Of a stretch of DNA of 64,000 nucleotides, positions 19,029 through 29,737 are shown piece after piece. Location: positions 224,001 to 288,000 of the forward strand of contig CAXXWC010000001.1 of assembly GCA_963668645.2 (NCBI GenBank). The letters are read 5' to 3'. Positions within the stretch are counted from its first letter, which is position 1; each line of letters begins with the position of its first letter. The position numbers were made by a program, and so were the translations under genes. The stretch comes from Desulfobacterales bacterium (lineage in GTDB: Bacteria > Desulfobacterota > Desulfobacteria > Desulfobacterales > UBA2174). The notes under the pieces were generated by a model. It was not told the DNA's origin. It ran no database searches and saw nothing but the letters and a program-made list of their open reading frames with translations.

Positions 19029-21962
19029 CTAGCGGGGCGCTTTCGGCACAATGCGCACCAGCGCAGAACGCTCCGGTACGAGGTAGCGGGCCGCCAGGGC
19101 CGAAAGTTCGCGCGCCTCGATGGCGGCATGATCCGCCAGGATATTGCGGCTCCAGTCGATCTGCCGGGGATGCCGCCAGGCTCCGGCCAGCACGGTATCG
19201 AACCAGTATTCGTTTCTTTGCAGCAAGTCCTTGATGCCGGTCAGGGCCGGTTCGCGCGAGCGCAGGAACGCGTCGGCATCGATCCCCCTGCGGGCCAGAT
19301 CCGAGGCGATGCCGTCCACCGCTTGCACCACGGTTTCGACCTGGTCCGGAGCCACCTGAATGAAGGCCGACATCAGCCCGTAGCCCGCATAGGCCCGCGA
19401 CGCCCAGGGATAGACCGAAGGACTGTAGCTGACACCGAGCTTTTCACGAATCTGCTCGCGGAGCCGATCCTCGAAGACTTCGGCCAGCATGTTCAGCCGC
19501 CTGGTGCGCTCGATGTCCCACAGGTCCTCGGTGGCAAAGGCCACCACCACCAGGGCCTTATCGATAAGGCGGGTTTCGACGTCCAGATCGAGATGCTCGC
19601 CGCGCGGAAACCGCGGTTCCGCACGCGCTGCGAAAACCGGCGGCCGGCGCTGCGGCAGGGCACCGAAATAACGTGCCGCTAGGTCGATGACCGCTTCCAG
19701 GTCGAAGTCGCCCACCACGGCGATCTCCAGGGGCGCCTGCTGAAGGATCGGCTCGGCCCAGTCGCGCACCGATTCCAGGCTCAAGGCCTGGAGCCGTTCC
19801 AGGGGCGGCAGGCCGAAGCGCGAATCCCCGCCGGCCAGAAAGCGCCTCCCCTTCAGCATCATCTGCCCGTCGACGCTGTGGCGCCAGTCGCCATAATGCT
19901 GGGTCAGGCGGGCCATGGCCAGATCGAACTCCGCCTGGCGCCATCCCGGATCCAGGAGCCGATGGCGCAAAAGATCGAAAAGAAGGGCGACCTGGCCGCG
20001 GACCGTCTCGCCTCTGAATCGGAAGCGGTCTTCTCCGACACTCAGCCGGGCGCTGACGTTGGCTCCGGCCAGGGCCCGATCCAGTTCCTCTCTCGTCAAC
20101 CGGCCGAGTCCTCCGGTGTTGAGAAATTGCTCGGCTACCTCGGCAAGTCCCGGTGCCTGGGCCGGTTCGGCCGAGCGTCCCGGCCCGAAATCGATGCTGA
20201 TCAGGACCTCGTCGGCCTTGAAATTCGTCGGCTTGAGGCTCAGGCGCACCCCGTTGTCCAAAGCCACCTGGGTGATCCCCAGATCCGCCTGGGTCGTACG
20301 CTCGACCACGCGCCCCGGCGCAGCCGGCAGCGGCAGATAGGGGAAGCGCACCTTTTCTACAGCGGGCGGGGCCTCGACCGGCCGGGCGTAGCTGGCGGCG
20401 AAAACCCTTCGGATCGTTTCTTCGGGCGGCGTTGGGGCAGCGGCCAGATCCAGGTCGCCGACCACGCTCACCAGCCGGTGACCCGCAGACCAGACCCGCT
20501 TCAGGGCCTGGTGCAGATCGGCCGGGCTCAGGGCGTGGATCATGGGAGCCAGAAGATCGCGTTCCGCCCCGGGGGCCATCATCACCCGCCCGGCGTTCAG
20601 GTTGCGGATGATCTCCCGGGCCAGGTTGGGGCTCAGGCGCGTGGAGGCCTGGTCGGCGGCCCGGTCCAGCTCGGCCAGCATTTCGCGCCCGACCCGCTCC
20701 ACCTCGGCGTCATCGAATCCGTACCTCAGGGCCCGGCGCAGGGCGGTTTCGATTTCCGCAAGGGCCTGCGACCAGTTCTGTGCGGACGTACGGGCGTTGA
20801 TCTGGGCGTATTGCAGCCTCTTGAGAAAGAGCCCCGATCCTGCCGCGGCCCCTGTAAACGGCGGATCCGGACGCGAAAGGACGGCCTCCAGACGATGGTT
20901 GAGGATCCGTGCGGCCATGGCTTCGGCCAGTTCGCGCCGCTGCCGGTCGATATTGTCGCCCTGCTCCGCAATCTGGCGCACCTGCTGGATGCTCACCCCT
21001 ACATGACCCAGCTCCGGCTCCGGGTGGTAGAATACCTTGAGGCCGTGGTGCTCCAGACGGCCCAGGGGCGGATCGGGCAGCGAAGCCCCCCGGGCTTTGA
21101 GGCTGCCAAAGCGCTGGCGGATCAGCTCCGCCATGGCGCCGGCATCGAAATCGCCCACCGCCACGACCACCATGCGATCGGGCCGGTACCAGGTGTCGTA
21201 AAAGTCCTTGACCAGCCGGCGATCGGCCTTTTCGATCACCTCGCGCTGACCGATGGGCAGGCGCCGGCTCACCCGCAGCCCCTCGAACTCGAACCCCAGG
21301 CCGGCTTTGAACGTCCTGTAGCCGGGGGAATCCCGGGTACGCATCTCGGCGAGCACCACCTGGCGCTCGCGGTCGAGTTCGGCCGGATCCATCAGGGCGC
21401 CCTGGGCATAATCGGAAAGCACGAGCAGGCCTTCGTCCAGGGTTTGCGGCCGGCCGTCGGGGAGCAGGACGTGGTAGACGGTTTCATCAAAACCGGTGTG
21501 GGCGTTGACGTCCGCGCCGTAGGCCATGCCGATGCGCTGGAAATACTTGACCAGCTCGCCGGGCGGAAAGTGGGTGGAGCCGTTGAAGAGCATATGTTCG
21601 ATGAAATGGGCCAGACCCTGCTGGGCCTCTGTTTCGTTGAGGCTGCCGACCTGGACGTCCAGGCGCATGCTGACACGGTCGGCCGGGGTCTGGTTGACCA
21701 TCAATACGTAGCGCAGCCCGTTGTCCAGGCGGCCGAAGGTCAGGGCCGGATCCGGTTTCAGGTCGCTGCCATCCTGGGGCCAGGGCAAAGCCGCAGCCCC
21801 GCCCACGGTGGCAAAAAGCAAAACGGCAGCCAGGCCCAGCGCGAGACGGGCAGTGGCGCGGCGGCCCGCAGCGGCCCGCTCGGTAAAACGTGATGGCATG
21901 AATCGGGGCATCCTTTGACTCCTTTTATGGATTTCGTCCGCCGCGGACGGGTGCGCCGGCAC
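19029..21962 (-). CDS. M16 family zinc peptidase (PqqL-like), probably exported
   Basis: GLAHFIEHM (HxxEH) and NAHTGFDETVY motifs, with a signal-like N-terminus. Start uncertain. Confidence 0.9.
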   Translation of the reverse strand: MPAHPSAADEIHKRSQRMPRFMPSRFTERAAAGRRATARLALGLAAVLLFATVGGAAALPWPQDGSDLKPDPALTFGRLDNGLRYVLMVNQTPADRVSMRLDVQVGSLNETEAQQGLAHFIEHMLFNGSTHFPPGELVKYFQRIGMAYGADVNAHTGFDETVYHVLLPDGRPQTLDEGLLVLSDYAQGALMDPAELDRERQVVLAEMRTRDSPGYRTFKAGLGFEFEGLRVSRRLPIGQREVIEKADRRLVKDFYDTWYRPDRMVVVAVGDFDAGAMAELIRQRFGSLKARGASLPDPPLGRLEHHGLKVFYHPEPELGHVGVSIQQVRQIAEQGDNIDRQRRELAEAMAARILNHRLEAVLSRPDPPFTGAAAGSGLFLKRLQYAQINARTSAQNWSQALAEIETALRRALRYGFDDAEVERVGREMLAELDRAADQASTRLSPNLAREIIRNLNAGRVMMAPGAERDLLAPMIHALSPADLHQALKRVWSAGHRLVSVVGDLDLAAAPTPPEETIRRVFAASYARPVEAPPAVEKVRFPYLPLPAAPGRVVERTTQADLGITQVALDNGVRLSLKPTNFKADEVLISIDFGPGRSAEPAQAPGLAEVAEQFLNTGGLGRLTREELDRALAGANVSARLSVGEDRFRFRGETVRGQVALLFDLLRHRLLDPGWRQAEFDLAMARLTQHYGDWRHSVDGQMMLKGRRFLAGGDSRFGLPPLERLQALSLESVRDWAEPILQQAPLEIAVVGDFDLEAVIDLAARYFGALPQRRPPVFAARAEPRFPRGEHLDLDVETRLIDKALVVVAFATEDLWDIERTRRLNMLAEVFEDRLREQIREKLGVSYSPSVYPWASRAYAGYGLMSAFIQVAPDQVETVVQAVDGIASDLARRGIDADAFLRSREPALTGIKDLLQRNEYWFDTVLAGAWRHPRQIDWSRNILADHAAIEARELSALAARYLVPERSALVRIVPKAPR

Positions 21963-22206
21963 CGCAAGGCATCATGGGCGCCGGCCCGGCCGGGCAATCG
22001 GTTCCAGCAACATAATTCGACCTCGCCGTCCTGGCAACCGCAAGCGGCCGATCTTCTCCCGGCCCCCTGCGATGGTTCGGGCCGGCAGGCCATTTGGAAA
22101 CGGCCGAACTTCTGCAAGCGGCGTTGACATCGGTCCGAGGCCCGTGCAAGATGGCCCAGCCGTGCCGCCAGGCATTTTTCAACGCCAGAAAAAAACGGAG
22201 TATTCC

Positions 22207-24216
22207 ATGCCGTCCAACCAAAATCCGCAAGCCATTTCCCAGCCGTCCGGGCTGCACTACATCGAGAACCTCAACCCGGCTCAACGCGAGGCCGTCATGC
22301 ACGAAGATGGCCCGCTGCTGGTCATCGCCGGAGCGGGCAGCGGCAAAACACGCACTCTGACCCACCGGGTCGCGCGCCTGATTGAATCCGGCGTGCCGGC
22401 CGGAGCGATACTGCTGCTGACCTTCACCCGCAAGGCGGCCCAGGAGATGCTGCGGCGGGCCGCCCTGCTTCTTGACGAACGCTGCGCCGCGGTGGCCGGC
22501 GGCACCTTCCACGGGTTCGCCAACGGTGTTTTGCGCCGCCATTCGGCCAGGCTCGGGTTCGACCGGCCGTTTACCATCATCGACCGGCCCGACGCCGAAA
22601 GCCTGGTGGGCGTTATCCGCAAGGAAATCAATCCGCCTGTGCGGGCCTTTCCGACCAAGCGCACCCTGATGAACATTTTCAGCCGGGCAGTGAACAAGGC
22701 CCAGACCATCGAAGCGGTGATCGACGAAGGCTATCCCCATTTTTTACAGTTTCTGGACGCCATCCGCGAAATCGAACAGCGTTATCAGGCCCGCAAGGAA
22801 CTGCACCGTTTTCTGGACTACGACGACCTGCTGGTGCGTCTCAAGGACCTGCTGTCCGCCGATGCCGACCTGTGCCAGCGCATCGCCGGGGCCTATCGCT
22901 TCATCATGGTGGACGAGTACCAGGATACCAACCAGATCCAGGCCGATATCCTGCGCCTGCTGGCGGGCAGCCGGCCCAACCTGATGGTGGTCGGCGACGA
23001 TTCCCAGAGTATCTACGCCTTTCGCGGGGCCAATTTCCGCAACATCATGGCCTTTCCGGACCAGTATGCCGGCACCCGGGTGATCCGGCTCGAGGAAAAC
23101 TACCGCAGCGTGCAGCCGATCTTAAACCTGACCAACGCCCTGATCGCCCAGGCGGCCGAAAAGTTCACCAAGCACCTTTTTACCAACCGCAGCGGCGGGG
23201 CCCTGCCGCGCCTGGTGCGCACCAACAGCGAAAACGAACAGTCCCGCCTCGTGGTGGACGAGATCCGCAGCCTGTTGCGCCAGGACGTGGCCCCGGGCGA
23301 CATCGCGGTGCTGTTTCGCGCGGGCTACCACGCCTTTGACCTGGAAATCGAACTGGCCCGGGAAGGCCTGTCCTTTGTCAAGGTCGGGGGGTTCAAGTTC
23401 ATGGAAGCGGCCCATATCAAGGACCTGCTGGCCCATCTGCGGGTCATGACCAATCCGACGGACCGCATCTCGTGGCACCGCATCCTGCTGCTGGTGGAAA
23501 AAATCGGCGCCAAAACGGCCCAGACCATCTTCGACGCCATCGTGGAAACCCGGGCCGGAACCGCCGGACTGATGGATCTGAAGCTGCCGCCACGCCTCGA
23601 ACCGCGCCTGGCCCCGCTCAAGGCCCTTTACCAGCAGATGGGCGCCAGCGACCTTTCCGTGGCACAGATGGGCGAAGCGGTGCTGGCCTACTACCTGCCC
23701 GTACTCAAGGAAAACTACGAGGACCACCCCAAGCGGGCCAGGGATCTGGAACAGCTTCTGGCCATCATGGAGCGCTACGGACAACTGGACACCTTTTTGG
23801 CCGACATGGCCCTGGAGCCGCCGGACAACCTGGCCGAAGGCGGGTTGCACCTGCCCCAGCCCGGCGATGCCCGCCTGACCCTGTCAACGATCCACTCGGC
23901 CAAGGGGCTCGAATGGCACAGCGTCTTTATCATCTGGGCCCTGGACGGACGCTTCCCTTCCTTGCAGGCCATCGAAGACCCCGAACAGCTCGACGAAGAA
24001 CTGCGCCTGATGTATGTGGCCGCCACCCGGGCGCGTGAAAACCTTACCTTCGTCTGCCCCATGCAGGCCTACGACCGGGCTACCGAGATGGTTTTGGAAC
24101 ACCCTTCGCGGTTTCTGGACGATCTGCCCGAAGAGATTTTGCAGCGCGTCGGCGAACCGTCCGACGCCGGCTCCTACCGCTGGCCGGCAATGGGCAGATC
24201 CCTGACACGATACTAA
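22207..24216 (+). CDS. UvrD/PcrA/Rep family ATP-dependent DNA helicase
   Basis: AGAGSGKT, VDEYQD, VGDDSQSIYAFRGA, LEENYRS, TIHSAKGLE and YVAATRA motifs. Start at ATG 22207 after GGAG. Confidence 0.93.
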   Translation: MPSNQNPQAISQPSGLHYIENLNPAQREAVMHEDGPLLVIAGAGSGKTRTLTHRVARLIESGVPAGAILLLTFTRKAAQEMLRRAALLLDERCAAVAGGTFHGFANGVLRRHSARLGFDRPFTIIDRPDAESLVGVIRKEINPPVRAFPTKRTLMNIFSRAVNKAQTIEAVIDEGYPHFLQFLDAIREIEQRYQARKELHRFLDYDDLLVRLKDLLSADADLCQRIAGAYRFIMVDEYQDTNQIQADILRLLAGSRPNLMVVGDDSQSIYAFRGANFRNIMAFPDQYAGTRVIRLEENYRSVQPILNLTNALIAQAAEKFTKHLFTNRSGGALPRLVRTNSENEQSRLVVDEIRSLLRQDVAPGDIAVLFRAGYHAFDLEIELAREGLSFVKVGGFKFMEAAHIKDLLAHLRVMTNPTDRISWHRILLLVEKIGAKTAQTIFDAIVETRAGTAGLMDLKLPPRLEPRLAPLKALYQQMGASDLSVAQMGEAVLAYYLPVLKENYEDHPKRARDLEQLLAIMERYGQLDTFLADMALEPPDNLAEGGLHLPQPGDARLTLSTIHSAKGLEWHSVFIIWALDGRFPSLQAIEDPEQLDEELRLMYVAATRARENLTFVCPMQAYDRATEMVLEHPSRFLDDLPEEILQRVGEPSDAGSYRWPAMGRSLTRY

Positions 24217-24446
24217 CCGAAACCTAACAATTTACGTTGCACTCCCCGCGCCCCCATGATATCCCCGGGGCCACTTCGCCCAGGGCAAGGTTATTGGAAG
24301 CCCCGCCCTGAGCAAAGACTTGGCCCAGGCCGCTTCACCGAAAGCATCCCGGCAGGATCGCCTACGGATCGTGGCAAAAAAGTGCCACTGGGTGGGTGAT
24401 CCCTGGCAACCGTTCTTCCAAAAGGGGGAGGCAAAAGCCGCTCGTT

Positions 24447-25676
24447 ATGCCGACCGAATACCTGGTCCTGACCACCGGCTATATTTTCGGCTTTTATATG
24501 GCCTGGAACATCGGGGCCAATGATGTGGCCAACTCCATGGCATCCGCGGTGGGGGCCGAAGCCATCACCATCCGCCAGGCGGTTTTCATCGCCGGGATCC
24601 TCAATATTGTCGGAGCGGTTTTCATCGGTGGACACGTTACTGAAACCATCCGCAAGGGGATCGTCAGCGCCGAGGTGTTGAGTGATCCGCACCAGGCCCT
24701 CCTAGGGGCTTTGGCAGCCCTGCTGGCCGCCGCATCCTGGGTCAGTTTTGCCACCTGGAAATCGCTGCCGGTCTCCACCACCCACTCCATCGTAGGGGCC
24801 ATGATCGGTTTCGGAATCATGGCCGGCGGGGTATCCTCGGTCAACTGGGGCAAACTGGGGGCAGTGGCGGCGAGCTGGATCATCTCGCCGGTTTTCAGCC
24901 TGGCGATCGCTTACGTGGTCTTTAAGATCATCATCCGCCTGGTCATATCCCGGCGCGCCTCCTACCAGGCGGCGGTACGCTGGTCGCCCCTGTTCACCGG
25001 GGCCACGATCTTTGTGGTGGTGCTCTCTTTTCTGTTCAAGACCCCCTTGGGCAGCAGCCTGGCCATCGGCGCTCCCCATGCCCTGATGCTCGCCTTTGCG
25101 GCGGCGGTGCTCTGCGGCCTGGCCGCCCGCCGTCTCCTGGCCCGCATGGTGGGCCAGGATGAAAAAGGCAACGGGGCCGAGCAGATTTTCCGCCGCATCC
25201 AGATCGGCACTTCCTGCTACGTGGCGTTGGCCCAGGGGGCCAACGACGTGGCCAATGCCATCGGGCCGCTGGCGGTGATCTACTTTCTGGTCAAAACCGG
25301 CAGCATCGGCGACAAGGTGCCGGTGCCGACCTTCCTTTTGCTTTTCGGGGGGCTCGGCATCGCCTGCGGGATCGCCATGGCCGGCCACCGGGTGATGGAC
25401 ACCATCGGCAAGCGCATCACGACCCTGACCAACACCCGCGGTTTTTCGGTCGATTTCGCCGCCGCCACCACGGTCCTGGCGGCTTCCAAACTCGGACTGC
25501 CCGTGTCCACCACCCACGCGGCGGTGGGCGGAGTGCTTGGGGTCGGATTGGCCCGCGGCCTTGAGGCGGTCAATTTCGGCATCATCTTTAGAATCATTGT
25601 CTACTGGGTGCTCACGGTTCCCGCCGCGGCACTGACCAGTATGCTCTATTACAAGATCCTGAAGATCATTCTTTAG
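24447..25676 (+). CDS. PiT family inorganic phosphate transporter
   Basis: Two GANDVAN and two PVSTTH signatures. Confidence 0.93.
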   Translation: MPTEYLVLTTGYIFGFYMAWNIGANDVANSMASAVGAEAITIRQAVFIAGILNIVGAVFIGGHVTETIRKGIVSAEVLSDPHQALLGALAALLAAASWVSFATWKSLPVSTTHSIVGAMIGFGIMAGGVSSVNWGKLGAVAASWIISPVFSLAIAYVVFKIIIRLVISRRASYQAAVRWSPLFTGATIFVVVLSFLFKTPLGSSLAIGAPHALMLAFAAAVLCGLAARRLLARMVGQDEKGNGAEQIFRRIQIGTSCYVALAQGANDVANAIGPLAVIYFLVKTGSIGDKVPVPTFLLLFGGLGIACGIAMAGHRVMDTIGKRITTLTNTRGFSVDFAAATTVLAASKLGLPVSTTHAAVGGVLGVGLARGLEAVNFGIIFRIIVYWVLTVPAAALTSMLYYKILKIIL

Positions 25677-25690
25677 ATGGGAGGCGGGTC

Positions 25691-26359
25691 ATGCGGTTGC
25701 CATTCTTGTCCATGTTCCAAACGTCCCCTTTCGACGATCTCGAAGAGCATGCCGAAAAGGTCAAACAGTGCGTTGGAGCTTTCCAAAACGCATTTGAATG
25801 CCACCTTTCGGATCAGTGCGTCTCTTTCGAGCAACGCCGCGAGGAAGTCCATCGGCTTGAAAACGAGGCTGACGCCATCAAACGGCGCATCCGTGGACAC
25901 CTGCCCAAGGGGACCATGCTGCAGGTGGACAAGTTCCAGCTCTTTCGCTACCTGCGCGAGCAGGACAAGGTGATCGACGCGGCCCAGGACTCTCTGGACT
26001 GGCTCTCCTATCGCAAGGAGCCGGGCATTCCCCAAGCTTTGCATAAGGATTTTTTGATCTTTGTGGACTCGGTCTTGCAGCCCATCGAGGAGCTGGATCA
26101 CATGGTGATCGAGGCGCGCCACTACTTCAAGACGTTTCAGGAGGATCAGCGGGTCAAGGTCAAGCAGATCATCCGCGAGATCCGGAGCATGGAGCACGAG
26201 GCCGACAAGCTGGAAGACGCCCTGAAGCGTCGCACCTTCAACATGGACCTGGATGCGGTGACCATTTTCCACATGGTGCGGCTGGCCGAAACCATCGGAA
26301 CGATCGCCGACCATGCGGAAAACGCCGGGGACATGATGCGGGCCATGGTAGCCAAATAG
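25691..26359 (+). CDS. DUF47/PhoU-like phosphate transport regulator
   Basis: LENEADAIKRRIR and MEHEADKLE repeats; adjacent to the PiT gene. Confidence 0.88.
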   Translation: MRLPFLSMFQTSPFDDLEEHAEKVKQCVGAFQNAFECHLSDQCVSFEQRREEVHRLENEADAIKRRIRGHLPKGTMLQVDKFQLFRYLREQDKVIDAAQDSLDWLSYRKEPGIPQALHKDFLIFVDSVLQPIEELDHMVIEARHYFKTFQEDQRVKVKQIIREIRSMEHEADKLEDALKRRTFNMDLDAVTIFHMVRLAETIGTIADHAENAGDMMRAMVAK

Positions 26360-26374
26360 GCCGCCAACGCCCCT

Positions 26375-26611
26375 TTACTTGCCGAAGGCCCAGACAAGAT
26401 AGGCGGCAAGCACGGCCACGGCCAGGATGGCGATGAGATAAGATTTGAAATTGACCGGCTTCTTGGCCACCCCATAGGGGCTGGACGGTCCGATACGCCG
26501 ATTGCAGGCATCGCAGCGATCGGCGTTTAGTTTGACATAAGTTGAGCAGTAGGGGCACTTCTTGGTGGGATCCAACCCCTGCTTGGGTGTTTTGTCTTTG
26601 GGCTGTCCCAT
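26375..26611 (-). CDS. Small zinc-ribbon protein with C-terminal TM helix
   Basis: CPYC...CDAC motifs, hydrophobic C-terminus, GAGGAGG RBS. Confidence 0.7.
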   Translation of the reverse strand: MGQPKDKTPKQGLDPTKKCPYCSTYVKLNADRCDACNRRIGPSSPYGVAKKPVNFKSYLIAILAVAVLAAYLVWAFGK

Positions 26612-26629
26612 GGTCCCTCCTCATCCGTA

Positions 26630-28522
26630 TCAGAGCATGTCCTTTTTTACCTCGATGCTGCTCTCGGACCGCAGCCGCGCCAACAGGGCTTCAAAGGCCT
26701 CATACCGTTTTTGCTGTCCCAATTGCGTCATGATGCGCTCTTTATCCTGCTTGAACTTATCCTCGGGCGGCGCCTCACGCTTGTCATAGCGCATCACGTA
26801 CCAGTTTTGATCCACTTCAAAGACAGTCTCGGGGAAAGGCGCGGTCCCGTTGAGATCAAAGGCGGCAGCGGCCATCTCCCGGGCCATGCCGACTTTTTCG
26901 ATCATGCCCTGGCGGCCGAAAAGACCGCTGTGGGCAACTTCCATCCCCCGCTCTTTGGCGGCAGCGGCAAAATTCTGGCCGCCGCGCACGGCGTCCAGCA
27001 TCGCCTGGGCCGCCTGGCGGGCCTGCTCGCGCTGTTTGGCTTTCAACGCATCGGCGCGCACCGCTTCGGCGATGGCATCCAGGGGGGGAATCTCGGCGGG
27101 GATCTCTTCGTTCACCTGGAGAATGTAGTAACCGTCGCTCATTTCCAGCACGTCGCCGACCGTACCGGGCGTCAAGGCGAAAGCCGCCTCGGCGAACTTG
27201 GCCCTGTCGGCCACCAGACCGTCGGCAGGCCCTTTGCGATCGAAGCGTGGGGTGGTTAGCAGCTTCAGCCCCCGGGCTTGGGCCACGGGTTTGAGATCGT
27301 TGGCATCGAAGGCCGCATCCCAGGCTGCTTCGGCCCCTTCCCGGGCCAGTGTCTTGGCATCTCTGGCCCGCAACCGGGTACGGATCTTTTCGGCGACATC
27401 TTCCAGGGTGGGCGTCACGGTCGGATAGATTTTTTCCAGTTTGATGACATGCCAGCCGAACTGAGTCCGCACCGGATCGCTGATCTGGCCGGGCTCCATG
27501 GAAAAGGCCTGATCGGCGAAGGGCTTGACCATCTCACGGCGCGTGAATCGGCCCAGCTCGCCGCCTTTGGCCGCGCTGCCGTCCTGGGAGTATTCTCGCG
27601 CCAGCTCGGCGAAATCCGCACCGGCGCGGGCCTTCTGGGTCACCTCAAGGGCCTTCTTGCGTGCGGCCTCGACCGCCTCGGGCGAATCATCTTCTTTCGC
27701 ACGGATCAACACATGGCGGGCCTCGACGCTGGCATCCTGGCGAAATTCGTCCTCGTGGTCCGTAAAGTAATCGCGCACCTCGTCCTCTGAAAGGACGACT
27801 TTATCGGCAAAGGCATCGTTGGCAAAGCGAAGGTACTGGACGCTGCGCAGCGGAGCGGTCTTGTAATCTTCCTTGTGCGCCTTGTAATAATCGGCCACAT
27901 CCTTCTCGGCAACGGTCAGATCCTTGTACTGTTTGGGATCGAAGCGGACGTAATCCACCGCCACGCGGGCGTTGACGTAATCGTACCAACGGCGCGCTTC
28001 ACTGTCACCGACCTGAATCGTGTCGGTCACCATCTCGCGCAGCTTGCCGATGAGCATCGCTTTGCGTTGTTCCTGTTCGAAACTTTCCGGCGTTATCCGA
28101 TTGGCTTCGAGGACCCTCTTGTAGCGGTCCGGAGCGAAATGTCCGTCCCGTTGAAACACATCGATGGCCCCGATGGCCCGGGCCAGCTCCTCATCGGTCA
28201 CGCCCAATCCGAGGCGTTTGGCTTCGTTGGTCAGGAGCCGGTCGTTGACGAGCTGGTCAATGGCCTGCTGCTTGAAATTGAGGGCATCGATCATCTCGGC
28301 GTCCAACTTGCCACCAAAGCGCTGGCGCATCTGATCCACGAGGCGGTCGTAGGTCGCGCGATACGCTTCGAAGGTGATGATCGTGTCGTCGACCGTGGCG
28401 ACCGTGGACAGCCGGCGGGCGTTGAAGCTGCCGACTCCCCAGAAGGCAAAAACAACGATGATGGCTGCCAGAATGAACTTGATCATCCACGAGCCGGCCT
28501 TTTTGCGCATCAGATCCAGCAT
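26630..28522 (-). CDS. ppiD: PpiD-like periplasmic chaperone/parvulin PPIase
   Basis: N-terminal membrane anchor, SurA-N region, and parvulin motifs ARHVLI, FAELAREYSQD, GGELG and TQFGWHVI. Confidence 0.88.
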   Translation of the reverse strand: MLDLMRKKAGSWMIKFILAAIIVVFAFWGVGSFNARRLSTVATVDDTIITFEAYRATYDRLVDQMRQRFGGKLDAEMIDALNFKQQAIDQLVNDRLLTNEAKRLGLGVTDEELARAIGAIDVFQRDGHFAPDRYKRVLEANRITPESFEQEQRKAMLIGKLREMVTDTIQVGDSEARRWYDYVNARVAVDYVRFDPKQYKDLTVAEKDVADYYKAHKEDYKTAPLRSVQYLRFANDAFADKVVLSEDEVRDYFTDHEDEFRQDASVEARHVLIRAKEDDSPEAVEAARKKALEVTQKARAGADFAELAREYSQDGSAAKGGELGRFTRREMVKPFADQAFSMEPGQISDPVRTQFGWHVIKLEKIYPTVTPTLEDVAEKIRTRLRARDAKTLAREGAEAAWDAAFDANDLKPVAQARGLKLLTTPRFDRKGPADGLVADRAKFAEAAFALTPGTVGDVLEMSDGYYILQVNEEIPAEIPPLDAIAEAVRADALKAKQREQARQAAQAMLDAVRGGQNFAAAAKERGMEVAHSGLFGRQGMIEKVGMAREMAAAAFDLNGTAPFPETVFEVDQNWYVMRYDKREAPPEDKFKQDKERIMTQLGQQKRYEAFEALLARLRSESSIEVKKDML

Positions 28523-28831
28523 CTAATAATTCTCCTCTTTGCTGCCCTTTTCACGGGGCGCCCGCATTTTCCCTGCCCTGCTGGGCGGAACGAATCCCGG
28601 ACAACCCTCTTCTTCTGGCCATTAAAAGTGTGCGATACTATTTGCAGGGCGCCGATTTGTCAATAGCGGCGCATGGTTCGCGCAAGATACGGCGGGCGGA
28701 AACGATATCCGGCAACCCAAATGCCCTCCCCGGCCGAAGGGACAACGGAAGATCGCATGCCGGGGCACGATGGTAAAGAGCTTTTTGGCTGGGGCCGGGG
28801 CACGTGATTTCCAGTACGGCGGTTTTTTCGG

Positions 28832-28861
28832 TTGACACTTCCCGTCCGGCTCTGTTAAAAG
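28832..28861 (+). promoter_or_regulatory. Candidate sigma70 promoter of tRNA-Ala
   Basis: TTGACA at 28832, then TG-n-TAAAAG and a GC-rich discriminator just before the tRNA. Confidence 0.5.
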
Positions 28862-28876
28862 CCCGTCTCACCTCGT

Positions 28877-28952
28877 GGGGCTGTAGCTCAGCTGGGAGAG
28901 CACTTGACTGGCAGTCAAGGGGTCAGGGGTTCAAGTCCCCTCAGCTCCACCA
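28877..28952 (+). tRNA. tRNA-Ala(GGC)
   Basis: 76-nt cloverleaf with acceptor GGGGCTG/CAGCTCC (G3:U70), anticodon loop CTGGCAG, GGTTCAA T-loop and encoded CCA. Confidence 0.97.
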
Positions 28953-28960
28953 AAGAAATC

Positions 28961-28992
28961 AAAAAGGTTCCGGAACTTCCGGAACCTTTTTT
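28961..28992 (+). terminator. Intrinsic terminator after tRNA-Ala
   Basis: Inverted repeat AAAAAGGTTCCGGAA-C-TTCCGGAACCTTTTT followed by T-rich sequence. Confidence 0.85.
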
Positions 28993-29137
28993 GTTTGAAT
29001 TTTCGAGCACTCCGGAAGCCGGCCCCGGATGCGTGCTTCCCGCCCAAGCTGGGCAGCTGCTTGCTGGGCAGGCATTTCCAAGCCATGAAAATACAAGATC
29101 ACAGCCGGCAACAGAATATGGGAAAAAAGGCGGCGTT

Positions 29138-29473
29138 ATGAAAAAGATTCTTATCGTTCTGGTCTGCTTCTTGATGTTTGCCGCTTACGGGCATAGCCAG
29201 GAACAGACCCCAACGACCGCAGGCGACACCGATCAGGCCAGCACCCAAGATCAGAACAAAGCTGTACCACCGCCCGCGACCCCTGGCATCAAAGGGATGG
29301 CTGCCGAGGTGAAGGAAAAATCGGTGGCATCGGCAAAGCAGACCGGATCGGCCGTCAAGGAAACGGCCGTGGTCGTTAAGGACAAATCCGTCGCCGCTGC
29401 AAAAAAAATCGGGCCGGCACTCAAGGAGTCGGCTTCCGAGTTCAAAAAAGAGGTGAAAAAACTATTCAAGTAG
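29138..29473 (+). CDS. Small exported Lys/Ala-rich hypothetical protein
   Basis: Signal peptide MKKILIVLVCFLMFAAYGHS and an internal repeat (VKEKSVASAK / VKDKSVAAAK). Confidence 0.7.
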   Translation: MKKILIVLVCFLMFAAYGHSQEQTPTTAGDTDQASTQDQNKAVPPPATPGIKGMAAEVKEKSVASAKQTGSAVKETAVVVKDKSVAAAKKIGPALKESASEFKKEVKKLFK

Positions 29474-29737
29474 CCGCCTGATGAAGATCCCGGCCCTCCG
29501 GCGGTCCCAGGAACCCCGGTGGATCAAGGCCGGCACCGCCACTGCAACGGCGGCGGGACACCCGCTGGCAACGGCCGCCGCTGCCGGCCGAAGTCAGCAT
29601 GGCTTCGATTTTGGAAACCCGGGTTGACAAAAATCTTGACAAAGTCAAACCTGAAGCAGAATTTAAACCGCACCTTAAAAAGCCTGTACCGCTCGACCAA
29701 CGACAACCCCTGAACAGATAACTGCGGATCCTCCAAC

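Noticed and set aside
19878..21893. Long antisense ORFs (also 2654-4420, 10476-11837, 13473-15005, 31265-32737, 32680-34089, 52015-53451)
   Set aside because: Shadow ORFs opposite well-supported genes in GC-rich DNA, with no recognisable motifs.
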